Positions 44,795 to 53,093 of a stretch of DNA of 64,000 bases are shown here, in pieces. The first letter of the stretch is position 1. The number at the start of each line of letters is the position of its first letter. A program made the translations under genes and the position numbers. Under the pieces are notes generated by a model. The model was not told the DNA's origin and made no database searches. It saw only the letters and a list, made by a program, of their open reading frames with translations. Source of the DNA: an uncultured delta proteobacterium (GTDB lineage: Bacteria; Myxococcota; Myxococcia; Myxococcales; Anaeromyxobacteraceae); NCBI GenBank assembly GCA_963766715.1, contig CAVYBH010000008.1:800001-864000 (forward strand). Direction: 5' to 3'.

Positions 44795-46093
44795 CTAGTC
44801 CGCACATCCGGCGCCCATCTTCGAGCGCAGGACGTCGGACTTGAGGAGGAAGCAACCCTCGGTGGCCACGGTCTCGCCTCCGGCGAGCCCCCGGGTGATC
44901 TCCACCTGGCCGGCGGACGATCGCCCCGTCTCGACGGGCCGGCGAACCCAGTAGTCGCCGTGGTGCCGGACGAAGACGAAGGAGCGCCCCTCGTCGGAGA
45001 GCAGGGCGGCTCGAGGCACGACCAGCGCGTCGGGACCGGACGGCAGGTAGAGCTCCACGTTCACGAACATGCCGGCCCGGAGCCTCCCCTTCGGGTTCGG
45101 CACCCCGACCCGGACCTTGAGCGTGCGGGTCTTCTCGTCCATCGAGGGCGCCACGAAGTCCACCGTGGCCGGAAAGACCTCTCCCGGGAAGGCCTTCGCG
45201 GTCACGCTGGCGCGCATGTCGCCGTGGTGCTCGTGGGCGAGCACCTGCCTCACCTGCCCCTCGTAGACGTCGGCCCACACCCACATCTGCGAGAGGTCAC
45301 CGATGGTGAAGAGGTTCTGGTCGGGCCGGGCCGCCTCGCCCGGGACCGCGTGCATGTCCAGGATGGTCCCGGCCGCGGGGGCGCGGAGCACCAGCCGTCC
45401 CTGGGCCCCGGCCGGCCCCGCCTTCGCGAGTCCGTCGATCTCGGCCGGACCGAGCCCCAGCCGCCGCAGCCTGTCCCCTGCCGCCTGCGCCTTGATCCCG
45501 GCCGACTCCGCCTCCTGCCGGGCGGCGAGGAACTCCTTCTCGGACGAGATCGCCTCCTCCCGGAGCGCGGCCTGCCGGTCGAGCGCCTTCCTGGCGAGGC
45601 GGAGCGTCGCCTCCGATTCCAGGTAGCTGCTCTCGGCCTCGCCGAGCCCGGCGCTCTCCATCTCCAAGAGCGGCTGCCCCGCGGCGACCTTCTCCCCCAG
45701 CGCGACGAGCACCTTCCGGATGACCCCCTCGGCGCGAGGCGAGAGATGGGTGACCTTTCGTTCCGCGAAGCGCACCTCCCCCGTGAGCGGCACGGGCGTC
45801 TCCATCGGGCGGCGCTCGGCCGTGGCGGACTTCACGAGCCCTTCCTTCAGGAGGCTCTCCGGAACCCGGACCACGCCGACCTGGTACCGGCACTCGTCGC
45901 ACTCGTGCGTCTTCCTGGCGTGCTCGCAGGTGGCGGCGAAGAGCTCCTCCACCGGGCGGTCGAGGTCCGAGGCCTTCGCGGCCCCGTGCTCGTCGTGTCC
46001 GTGACCGGCTTCGGGCGGCGGCGGCGCAGGGGCGGGCGCAGGGCGGCAGGCGACCAGGAAGGCGAGCACGGCGATCGGGACGTGGCGGTTCAT
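44795..46093 (-). CDS. czcB: RND periplasmic adaptor (CzcB-like)
   Basis: Lipobox; LRAPAAG; WVWADVYE; TRTLKVR; LRAGMF. Confidence 0.9.
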   Translation of the reverse strand: MNRHVPIAVLAFLVACRPAPAPAPPPPEAGHGHDEHGAAKASDLDRPVEELFAATCEHARKTHECDECRYQVGVVRVPESLLKEGLVKSATAERRPMETPVPLTGEVRFAERKVTHLSPRAEGVIRKVLVALGEKVAAGQPLLEMESAGLGEAESSYLESEATLRLARKALDRQAALREEAISSEKEFLAARQEAESAGIKAQAAGDRLRRLGLGPAEIDGLAKAGPAGAQGRLVLRAPAAGTILDMHAVPGEAARPDQNLFTIGDLSQMWVWADVYEGQVRQVLAHEHHGDMRASVTAKAFPGEVFPATVDFVAPSMDEKTRTLKVRVGVPNPKGRLRAGMFVNVELYLPSGPDALVVPRAALLSDEGRSFVFVRHHGDYWVRRPVETGRSSAGQVEITRGLAGGETVATEGCFLLKSDVLRSKMGAGCAD

Positions 46094-47352
46094 GGGAGGT
46101 CTCCCCCGGTGAGGATGGTGAGCGTGCTGCATTCCAGCTGCTGCTCCAGCTCCGCGGCGAGCAGCTCGCGGCGCACCTCCAGCAGCGCGCGGCGCGAGTC
46201 GAGGGTCTCGAGGAGGGGCGACTCGCCGAGCTGGTACGAACGCTCCATCTTGGCGGCGGCGGTCTCCGCCCTGGGGACGACCTCCTCCCGCAGGCGCCGG
46301 GAGGCCAGCCGTCCCTGCGTGCACATCGCCCAGGACTCGACGAGGGCGGCACGGGCCTCGTAGGTGGCGACGAGGACCCGGCTCTCCTCGGCGGCCTGGA
46401 TGGCCTCGGCCTGCGCGATCTTCCCCGAGTTCCAGTTCCAGACCGGGAACTCCACCCCGAGTCCTCCTCCCACCGCGCTGCGGTCGACCTCGTCGAGCGC
46501 GTAGCCGGAGAGGCTCACGGCGGGGATGCGCTGGTTCCGCTCGGCCCGGACCTCGGCGGCGGCGGCGGCCACCCGGTCGCGAGCCGCGCGGACCCGCGGC
46601 TGGCCGGAGACTGCTCGCTCCCGGACGTCCGCGAGCGGCGGCGGCTCGGGGGCCTGGGCCATGTCGATGGCGACCCGTTCGACCGGGCGTCCGGCCCAGA
46701 GCGAGAGCTGATCCCGGTGCACCATGGCGCGGGCCTGGGCCTGGGCCAGCGCGAGCCGGGCGCGCTCCGCCTCGACCTCGACCCGCGGCAGCTCGGGTGG
46801 CCGCGCCTCCCCTCGCTCGACCCGGAGACGGACCAGCCGGGCCAGGTCGTCGGCCTGCCGGGAAGATGCGGCGAGGGACTCCACCAGGCGCCCGTCGTGG
46901 GCGACCAGGACGAAGAGACGGCGCAGCCGGAGGAGCACCTCCTGCCGGACGAGCGCGCTCTCCTCCTCGGCCTCGCTCGCCGAGGCGCGGGCGGCGTCCT
47001 CCCGGGGTCCGCGGGTTCCCAGCCATTCGAGCGGGACCGTGATCCCCAGCGCCCACTCGGTCCTCCGGAGCGAGCCGCCGGCGGTCCAGCCCTCGCCCGC
47101 GGTCACCTCCAGCCTGGGATTCGGCACCTGGCCCACGGCGTCGACGCCGGAGCGCGCCGCCGACGCTCGAAGGGTGGCCTCCCGGAACCGGGGGTTCCGG
47201 TCGAGCCCGGACAGCACCTCCTGCCATCGCAGGGGTGGCGTGGTTTCCAGTGCGCGCGCTTCGGTTCCCAGGACGGCGCAGATCGCCGACACGACGAGAT
47301 ACGGTCTCACGTTGCTGCCTCCCACGAGCCAGGCCGAGGGCGCGAGACGCAC
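46090..47352 (-). CDS. czcC: TolC-family outer-membrane channel (CzcC-like)
   Basis: PNPRL; PVWNWNSGKI; SYQLGESPLLE; 4-bp overlap with czcB. Confidence 0.88.
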   Translation of the reverse strand: MRLAPSAWLVGGSNVRPYLVVSAICAVLGTEARALETTPPLRWQEVLSGLDRNPRFREATLRASAARSGVDAVGQVPNPRLEVTAGEGWTAGGSLRRTEWALGITVPLEWLGTRGPREDAARASASEAEEESALVRQEVLLRLRRLFVLVAHDGRLVESLAASSRQADDLARLVRLRVERGEARPPELPRVEVEAERARLALAQAQARAMVHRDQLSLWAGRPVERVAIDMAQAPEPPPLADVRERAVSGQPRVRAARDRVAAAAAEVRAERNQRIPAVSLSGYALDEVDRSAVGGGLGVEFPVWNWNSGKIAQAEAIQAAEESRVLVATYEARAALVESWAMCTQGRLASRRLREEVVPRAETAAAKMERSYQLGESPLLETLDSRRALLEVRRELLAAELEQQLECSTLTILTGGDLP

Positions 47353-47427
47353 CCGGGGCAGGGCTTCGAGACGGACGACGGGCGGGCGGCGCCGGTGAGC
47401 GGCGGCCCGTGACCTCGAGTCGACGTC

Positions 47428-47751
47428 TCAGGCGATGGGAGGGCGGAACGGCCGGTCGGGTGCGCGCGGCGCCACGCCGTCGGCCTCGGCGGGCGAGAGC
47501 AGGCTCGGCGTCCAGGTCACGCGGAGGGGCTGGCTGGCGGGAGTCGCGACCACGGGCTGCGGGGCGCAGCAGGCGCAGCGATGGCTGGTGGGGCAGCACC
47601 CGTGCTCACCGCCCTGGTCTCCCAGGTCGCCCTCGTCCGCGCCCGAGTGGGCGAGGTGCCCCGTCGTCGCGTAGTGAACCACGGCTTCGGCCGCCTCGCC
47701 GAAGGCGGGCGCCAGGCCATGGATCAGGAGGAGGACGAGCAGGAGGCGCAC
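47428..47751 (-). CDS. CzcI/DUF2946-like His/Cys-rich leader protein
   Basis: Signal-like N-terminus; EHGCCPTSHRCACC; C-terminal PFRPPIA; directly upstream of czcC. Confidence 0.75.
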   Translation of the reverse strand: MRLLLVLLLIHGLAPAFGEAAEAVVHYATTGHLAHSGADEGDLGDQGGEHGCCPTSHRCACCAPQPVVATPASQPLRVTWTPSLLSPAEADGVAPRAPDRPFRPPIA

Positions 47752-47778
47752 GGCGAGGGCGATGCTACCATGGCCCGC

Positions 47779-48318
47779 ATGAATGGACCCTCCAGGATTC
47801 CCGTGCGCCAGACCATTCCCCTCCGGGAGCGACCCGTCGACTGGATCCTGCTCGCGTTCTTCGCGATCAACCTCGGCTTCATCACCTACGTCGTCGATCT
47901 CGAGCAGCTGGTGATCGCCGACGTCACGAAGTTCGAGTACCCGCTCTGGCCGACCCGCGCGCTCGTCGACATGGTGCACTGGTGGGGAAACAGCTTCGAT
48001 CCGCTCCAGAACGCGAGGCCGCCCTGGTGGCGCGCGACCATCTGGCTCGACGTGCTCCTGTTCGGCCCCTTCTACGCCGCGGCGATCTGGGCCATCGCGA
48101 AGGGCAAGGAGTGGATCCGCGTTCCGGCGATCTTCTGGTCCGGCGTGATGTTCGCGAACGTCTCCATCATCATGTTCGAGGAGTACTTCGGACCTCACGC
48201 GACTCCCGCGCGCGCGATCGTGACCCTGGCCAACCTCCCCTGGTGGCTCCTGCCGTTCTTCGTGACCTGGCGGTTCGGGCGCGAGCATCCCTTCAGCAGG
48301 GAAGTCCCGGCGCCCTAG
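47779..48318 (+). CDS. EXPERA (EBP/TMEM97-like) membrane protein
   Basis: 4 TM; VD; DPL...PPWW; NLPWWLLP. Confidence 0.7.
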   Translation: MNGPSRIPVRQTIPLRERPVDWILLAFFAINLGFITYVVDLEQLVIADVTKFEYPLWPTRALVDMVHWWGNSFDPLQNARPPWWRATIWLDVLLFGPFYAAAIWAIAKGKEWIRVPAIFWSGVMFANVSIIMFEEYFGPHATPARAIVTLANLPWWLLPFFVTWRFGREHPFSREVPAP

Positions 48319-48332
48319 AACCGGGGAAGGCG

Positions 48333-48500
48333 TCACGCCTCGGCCGGCGCCACCGGCAGCTCGACGCGGAAGGTCGATCCCCTGCCGATCTCGCTCTCCA
48401 GGGTGATCGTCCCGTCGTGAGCCGTCACGATGGCGTTCGAAGATCCGCTCCTTCAATTCCTGGGGGATCCCCGGACCGCCGCCGTGGCGTCTCGAGGTAG
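48333..48500 (-). pseudogene. Histidine kinase HATPase remnant with internal deletion
   Basis: GPGIPQELKERIFE joined out of frame to NAIVTAHDGTITLESEIGRGSTFRVELPVAPAEA*. Confidence 0.7.
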
Positions 48501-48617
48501 TGACGCTGGGTGAATTTCGCCCGTGGGACCATTTTGTCCGGAAAGGGTCGCACTCCCTGTCTATTGGTGGCGGACACCCACTCGCGCCCTGCCGCGGCGC
48601 GTCAAGAGGAGCACCAC

Positions 48618-50138
48618 ATGCTCTACGCAGCGCCTGGTCAGCCCGGCAGCAAGGTCACCTTCAAGAAGCGCTACGAGAACTACATCGGGGGGAAGTGGGT
48701 CGCGCCGGTGAAGGGCCAGTACTTCGAGAACGTCTCGCCCGTGACCGGCAAGCCGTTCTGCGAGATCCCCCGCTCCGACGAGGCCGACATCAACCTCGCC
48801 CTCGACGCCGCGCACGCCGCCAAGGTGGCCTGGGGCAAGATGTCCTACGCCGCCCGCTCGATCATCCTCAACAAGATCGCCGACCGGATGGAGCAGAACC
48901 TCGAGATGCTCGCGGTCGCCGAGACCTGGGACAACGGCAAGCCGGTCCGCGAGACCATCGCCGCCGACATGCCGCTCGCCATCGACCACTTCCGCTACTT
49001 CGCCGGCGTCATCCGGGCGCAGGAGGGCTCGGTGGCCGAGATCGACGACACCACCGTCGCCTACCACTACCTCGAGCCGCTCGGCGTGGTCGGTCAGATC
49101 ATCCCCTGGAACTTCCCCATCCTCATGGCGGTCTGGAAGCTCGCCCCGGCGCTCGCCGCCGGCAACTGCGTGGTCCTGAAGCCGGCCGAGCAGACCCCCG
49201 CCTCCATCCTGGTGCTCATGGAGCTCGTCGGCGACCTGCTCCCGCCCGGCGTCGTGAACGTGGTGAACGGCTTCGGCCTCGAGGCCGGCAAGCCGCTCGC
49301 CTCCTCGCGCCGCATCGCCAAGATCGCCTTCACCGGCGAGACCACCACCGGCCGCCTCATCATGCAGTACGCCTCGCAGAACCTCATCCCGGTGACGCTG
49401 GAGCTCGGCGGCAAGTCGCCCAACGTCTTCTTCGAGGACGTCATGGCGAAGGACGACGACTTCTTCGACAAGGCGCTCGAGGGCTTCACCATGTTCGCGC
49501 TCAACCAGGGCGAGGTCTGCACCTGCCCGTCGCGCGCGCTCGTCCAGGAGTCGATCTACGACCGCTTCATGGAGAAGGCCCTGGCCCGAGTGAAGAAGGT
49601 GAAGCAGGGAAACCCGCTCGACACCGACACCATGATCGGCGCGCAGGCCTCCACCGAGCAGCTCGAGAAGATCCTGTCCTACATCGACATCGGCAAGCAG
49701 GAAGGGGCGAAGGTCCTGACCGGCGGCGGCCGCAACGTCCTCGGCGGCGACCTGGCCGGCGGCTACTACGTCACGCCGACCATCCTCGAGGGCAACAACA
49801 AGATGCGGGTCTTCCAGGAGGAGATCTTCGGGCCGGTGGTGGCGGTCACGAAGTTCAAGGACGAGGCCGAGGCGCTCCACATCGCCAACGACACCCTCTA
49901 CGGGCTCGGCGCCGGCGTGTGGACCCGCGACGGCAACACCGCCTACCGGATGGGACGCGCGATCCAGGCCGGCCGCGTGTGGACGAACTGCTACCACCTC
50001 TACCCGGCGCACGCGGCCTTCGGCGGCTACAAGGGCTCGGGCATCGGGCGCGAGAACCACAAGATGATGCTCTCGCACTACCAGCAGACGAAGAACCTGC
50101 TCGTGAGCTACTCGCCCAAGGCGCTCGGCTTCTTCTAG
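48618..50138 (+). CDS. aldB: Aldehyde dehydrogenase (AldB/ExaC type)
   Basis: [34 protein letters not shown]. Confidence 0.93.
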   Translation: MLYAAPGQPGSKVTFKKRYENYIGGKWVAPVKGQYFENVSPVTGKPFCEIPRSDEADINLALDAAHAAKVAWGKMSYAARSIILNKIADRMEQNLEMLAVAETWDNGKPVRETIAADMPLAIDHFRYFAGVIRAQEGSVAEIDDTTVAYHYLEPLGVVGQIIPWNFPILMAVWKLAPALAAGNCVVLKPAEQTPASILVLMELVGDLLPPGVVNVVNGFGLEAGKPLASSRRIAKIAFTGETTTGRLIMQYASQNLIPVTLELGGKSPNVFFEDVMAKDDDFFDKALEGFTMFALNQGEVCTCPSRALVQESIYDRFMEKALARVKKVKQGNPLDTDTMIGAQASTEQLEKILSYIDIGKQEGAKVLTGGGRNVLGGDLAGGYYVTPTILEGNNKMRVFQEEIFGPVVAVTKFKDEAEALHIANDTLYGLGAGVWTRDGNTAYRMGRAIQAGRVWTNCYHLYPAHAAFGGYKGSGIGRENHKMMLSHYQQTKNLLVSYSPKALGFF

Positions 50139-50142
50139 TCGC

Positions 50143-50541
50143 TTGGAAACACCGCTCCCACCCCGCGTCGTCGCCACCGAGGCCGCGCTCGCCCTGATCG
50201 CGCGCCTCGTGGCGAAGCACGGCCCGATCATGTTCCACCAGTCGGGAGGATGCTGCGACGGCAGCGCGCCCATGTGCTACCCGCGCGGCGACCTGATGGT
50301 GGGCGACTCCGACCGGCTGCTCGGCGAGATCGGGGGGCAGCCCTTCTACATCGGCCTGGCCCAGTTCGGGTACTGGCGCCACACCCAGCTGGTCATCGAC
50401 GTGGTGCCGGGCCGGGGCGGCATGTTCTCGCTCGAGGGCGTGGAGGGGGTGCGGTTCCTCACCCGGTCGCGCGTCTTCACCGACGAGGAGCACGCGGCGC
50501 TGTCCGCCGCGGAGGGGCCGGAGTCGCTTCGCCATCCGTGA
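50143..50541 (+). CDS. DUF779 protein
   Basis: FHQSGGCCDGSAPMC; GRGGMFSLE; RFLTRSR; usual AldB partner. Confidence 0.92.
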   Translation: METPLPPRVVATEAALALIARLVAKHGPIMFHQSGGCCDGSAPMCYPRGDLMVGDSDRLLGEIGGQPFYIGLAQFGYWRHTQLVIDVVPGRGGMFSLEGVEGVRFLTRSRVFTDEEHAALSAAEGPESLRHP

Positions 50542-50608
50542 CCCTTCGACACAAATCGCATGGCGCCGGGGCGAGCCGCTCCTAGCAATTGGTGTGGGAG
50601 GGTCATCC

Positions 50609-51460
50609 ATGGCCTCGTTTCGGTTCGGCTTCTTGCCTCTGGGCGGCCTCGCCCTCGTCGTCGCCACCTCGTTCGCCCTCCGGGCTCGCGCTGCCGACTC
50701 TCCGGCCGCTGCCGCGAACGTCGCGCCTGCGGGCCACCGCTGGGCGCCGGAGGCACAGGTCCTGGAGCCCCGGGCGCTCTCGGTCCTGAAGGCCACGAGC
50801 GCGCGGCTCGCCGCTGCGCGTACGCTCGCCTTCACCGCGGTGATCGCCGACGAGGCTCCCAGCAGGCTGGGCCCGCCCCTGCTGTACGCCTCCCGCGCCG
50901 ACGTCTCCCTCCAGCGCCCGGACCGGCTGCGGATCGTGTCCAGCGGGGCCGGTCCCCGGTCCGAGATCTTCGTGAACGGGACCGAGCTCTCGGCCTGGGC
51001 GCCCGCCGAGGGGCTCCTGGCCCAGGCGAAGGTCCCCCCCACGATCGACGGGGCGCTCGAGGCCGCCCACAGGCTGGCCCACGTCTACTTCCCGTTCTCG
51101 GACGTCGTGGTGGCCGACCCGTACGGCGACCTCGCCCCGGACCTGCGCCTCGCCTTCTACATCGGCCGGACGCGGGCGGTGGGCGGCGTCGAGACCGACA
51201 TGATCGCCTACGCGACGGACGAGGTCTTCATCCAGGCCTGGATCGGCGTCGACGACCGCCTCCCGCGCCGCTTCCGCGCCATCTACCTGATGGACGGCGG
51301 CAACCTTCGCCACGAGATGGAGCTGTCGGGATGGCGGGTCGATCCGAAGCTCCCCGCCTCGACGTTCGCGCTCCCGGCGGCCGCCCGGAAGGCGCGGCCC
51401 ATTCCCTTCGAACCGCCCGTGGCATCGACGCCGGCACCCGCACCTGCTGCACCCAAGTAG
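50609..51460 (+). CDS. DUF2092 periplasmic protein
   Basis: QRPDRLR; PPTID; FPFSD; QAWIG...LPR. Confidence 0.85.
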   Translation: MASFRFGFLPLGGLALVVATSFALRARAADSPAAAANVAPAGHRWAPEAQVLEPRALSVLKATSARLAAARTLAFTAVIADEAPSRLGPPLLYASRADVSLQRPDRLRIVSSGAGPRSEIFVNGTELSAWAPAEGLLAQAKVPPTIDGALEAAHRLAHVYFPFSDVVVADPYGDLAPDLRLAFYIGRTRAVGGVETDMIAYATDEVFIQAWIGVDDRLPRRFRAIYLMDGGNLRHEMELSGWRVDPKLPASTFALPAAARKARPIPFEPPVASTPAPAPAAPK

Positions 51461-51473
51461 GAGGATCGCCACG

Positions 51474-52334
51474 ATGAACCGCGCCCATTGCCTGCTCGCC
51501 CTCGTCTTCGCGCTCTCTGCACCGTCGGCGGCCCACGCCTACTCGCACGCCAACCGGTACGGCGGGACGACCTCGCACAGCGAGGGCTCGACCACCGCGA
51601 CCGGAGCTTATGGAAGCAGCGCCACCCACACCGCTGGCCAGGGGACGACGGCCTCGGGGGCCTACGGCGGGTCGGCGTCCCACGCCGAAGGATCGGGGCA
51701 GACCACGGCGACGAACGCCTACGGCGGCAGCGCCACCCACACCTACGGCGAGGGAACGACCGCGACCAGCGCATCCGGGGGCTCGGCCTACCACGCCGAA
51801 GGGAGCCCCTACTACCACACGACCACGACCGCCTATCACGCGCCCTACCCCTACCCGCCCCCTCCACCGCCGCCGGCCTACTACCACCCGCCGACGACCG
51901 TCGCCTATTACCCCTCCACCGGCTGCTACAACTGCGCCGCTGCCGGAGCCATGGCAGCCGGCGTGGTCGTGGGCGCGGCAGTAGCCACCTCGGCGGCCCA
52001 GGCCAACACTGCCGCGGCGACCGCCAATGCCTACAACGCCGGCGTGGTGGCAGGCTCGGCGAGCACGGCCGTCGCGACCTCCACGGCCTACTCCTCCGGC
52101 TACGCGGCCGGGGCGGCGACGGGTGCGCCCGCAGGGACCTTGCCGACCTACTCCCAGCCGGGCCCGGGCCAGGCGGCCTACGTGATGGGAGGATCCTACG
52201 CGACCCTGCCTCCGGGCTGCATCACGCCCACGGTCGGCGGTGTCACGTACTACCAGTGCGGGTACACCTGGTTCAAGCCCAGCTACGGCGCCAACGGCGT
52301 CCACTACACCGTCGTTCCCGCCCAGCAGCCGTGA
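51474..52334 (+). CDS. Secreted Gly/Thr/Tyr/His repeat protein
   Basis: Signal peptide; YGG.(A/T).H repeats; C-terminal LPPGC...YYQCG.TWFKP.Y. Confidence 0.85.
   Translation: MNRAHCLLALVFALSAPSAAHAYSHANRYGGTTSHSEGSTTATGAYGSSATHTAGQGTTASGAYGGSASHAEGSGQTTATNAYGGSATHTYGEGTTATSASGGSAYHAEGSPYYHTTTTAYHAPYPYPPPPPPPAYYHPPTTVAYYPSTGCYNCAAAGAMAAGVVVGAAVATSAAQANTAAATANAYNAGVVAGSASTAVATSTAYSSGYAAGAATGAPAGTLPTYSQPGPGQAAYVMGGSYATLPPGCITPTVGGVTYYQCGYTWFKPSYGANGVHYTVVPAQQP
51558..51810 (+). repeat. Five imperfect coding repeats of about 17-19 aa
   Basis: YGGTTSHSEGSTTATGA / YGSSATHTAGQGTTASGA / YGGSASHAEGSGQTTATNA / YGGSATHTYGEGTTATSA / SGGSAYHAEGS. Confidence 0.85.
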
Positions 52335-52335
52335 G

Positions 52336-52370
52336 GAGACCCCGGGCGGTCCTAGGCCGCCCGGGATCTC
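52336..52370. terminator. Hairpin between convergent genes
   Basis: gaga-c-cccgggcggt-ccta-ggccgcccggg-a-tctc. Confidence 0.6.
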
Positions 52371-52377
52371 CGCGGCC

Positions 52378-53073
52378 TCACATCATCTTGCGGTAGCCGG
52401 TGTTGACGACGTCGACCTCGATGTTCAGCGACGGGACCTCCAGCTCGGTCCGGGCCGTGTAGGTCGCGCCGTCCATCAGCGTTCCCATCTGGGCGACCAT
52501 GCTCACTGGCTTGGAGGGGTCTCCCAGGTAGGTGGTGACGCCCATCCCGAGGAGCTTGTTCGTCTGGATGTTCAGCGTGATGCTGAACACGTCGCCCGGG
52601 AGCTTGTAGTTCTTGAAGTTGAGCCGGACCACCTGACCTGGCTGCAGCATGTCGACCGTGACGTTGCCCGTCTTGACGGCCTGGTCGAGGAGCGCGGGGT
52701 TGGGAGGGATGTAGCTCTTCACCAGGGCGGTCGCCTGCTTCATGGTGTCGGTCATCTCCTCCATCTTCGACTCCTGGATCGCGCCGCGCAGGCCGAACTT
52801 CTTCTTCGGCGGCGCCGACGACGCGATGGGGACCTTCTGGAGCGTGCCGTCGGCCCCGTAGTAGCAGCTCTCCTCCTTGTAGGACTTCTGCTCCCCCTTC
52901 ACGAGCACCGTGGTGGTCTCCACCCACTGGTACGTGCGCAGGTCCTGCTGGCTCGCGATCATCGAGTTCTTCAGCGCGGCCACGTGCTCCTGGACCCCAC
53001 CCGCCTGGGCCCACGCGGCCGAGGTGACGAGGTTCCCCACCAGTGCAGCCGCAACGATCCAGGTCTTCTTCAT
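52378..53073 (-). CDS. Hypothetical secreted protein downstream of sulfatase
   Basis: RBS; signal peptide; LRTYQW.ETT; YGADG. Confidence 0.85.
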   Translation of the reverse strand: MKKTWIVAAALVGNLVTSAAWAQAGGVQEHVAALKNSMIASQQDLRTYQWVETTTVLVKGEQKSYKEESCYYGADGTLQKVPIASSAPPKKKFGLRGAIQESKMEEMTDTMKQATALVKSYIPPNPALLDQAVKTGNVTVDMLQPGQVVRLNFKNYKLPGDVFSITLNIQTNKLLGMGVTTYLGDPSKPVSMVAQMGTLMDGATYTARTELEVPSLNIEVDVVNTGYRKMM

Positions 53074-53093
53074 GTTCGTCCTCCCTCTGGGGT

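Noticed and set aside
41198..44844. ORFs over 1000 aa (41198-44479 minus, 41728-44844 plus)
   Set aside because: Shadow frames of the czcA-like gene in high-GC DNA; biased composition and no motifs
51558..51810. Ice-nucleation protein
   Set aside because: Repeats are few, irregular in length, and lack the AGYGSTQT 16-mer
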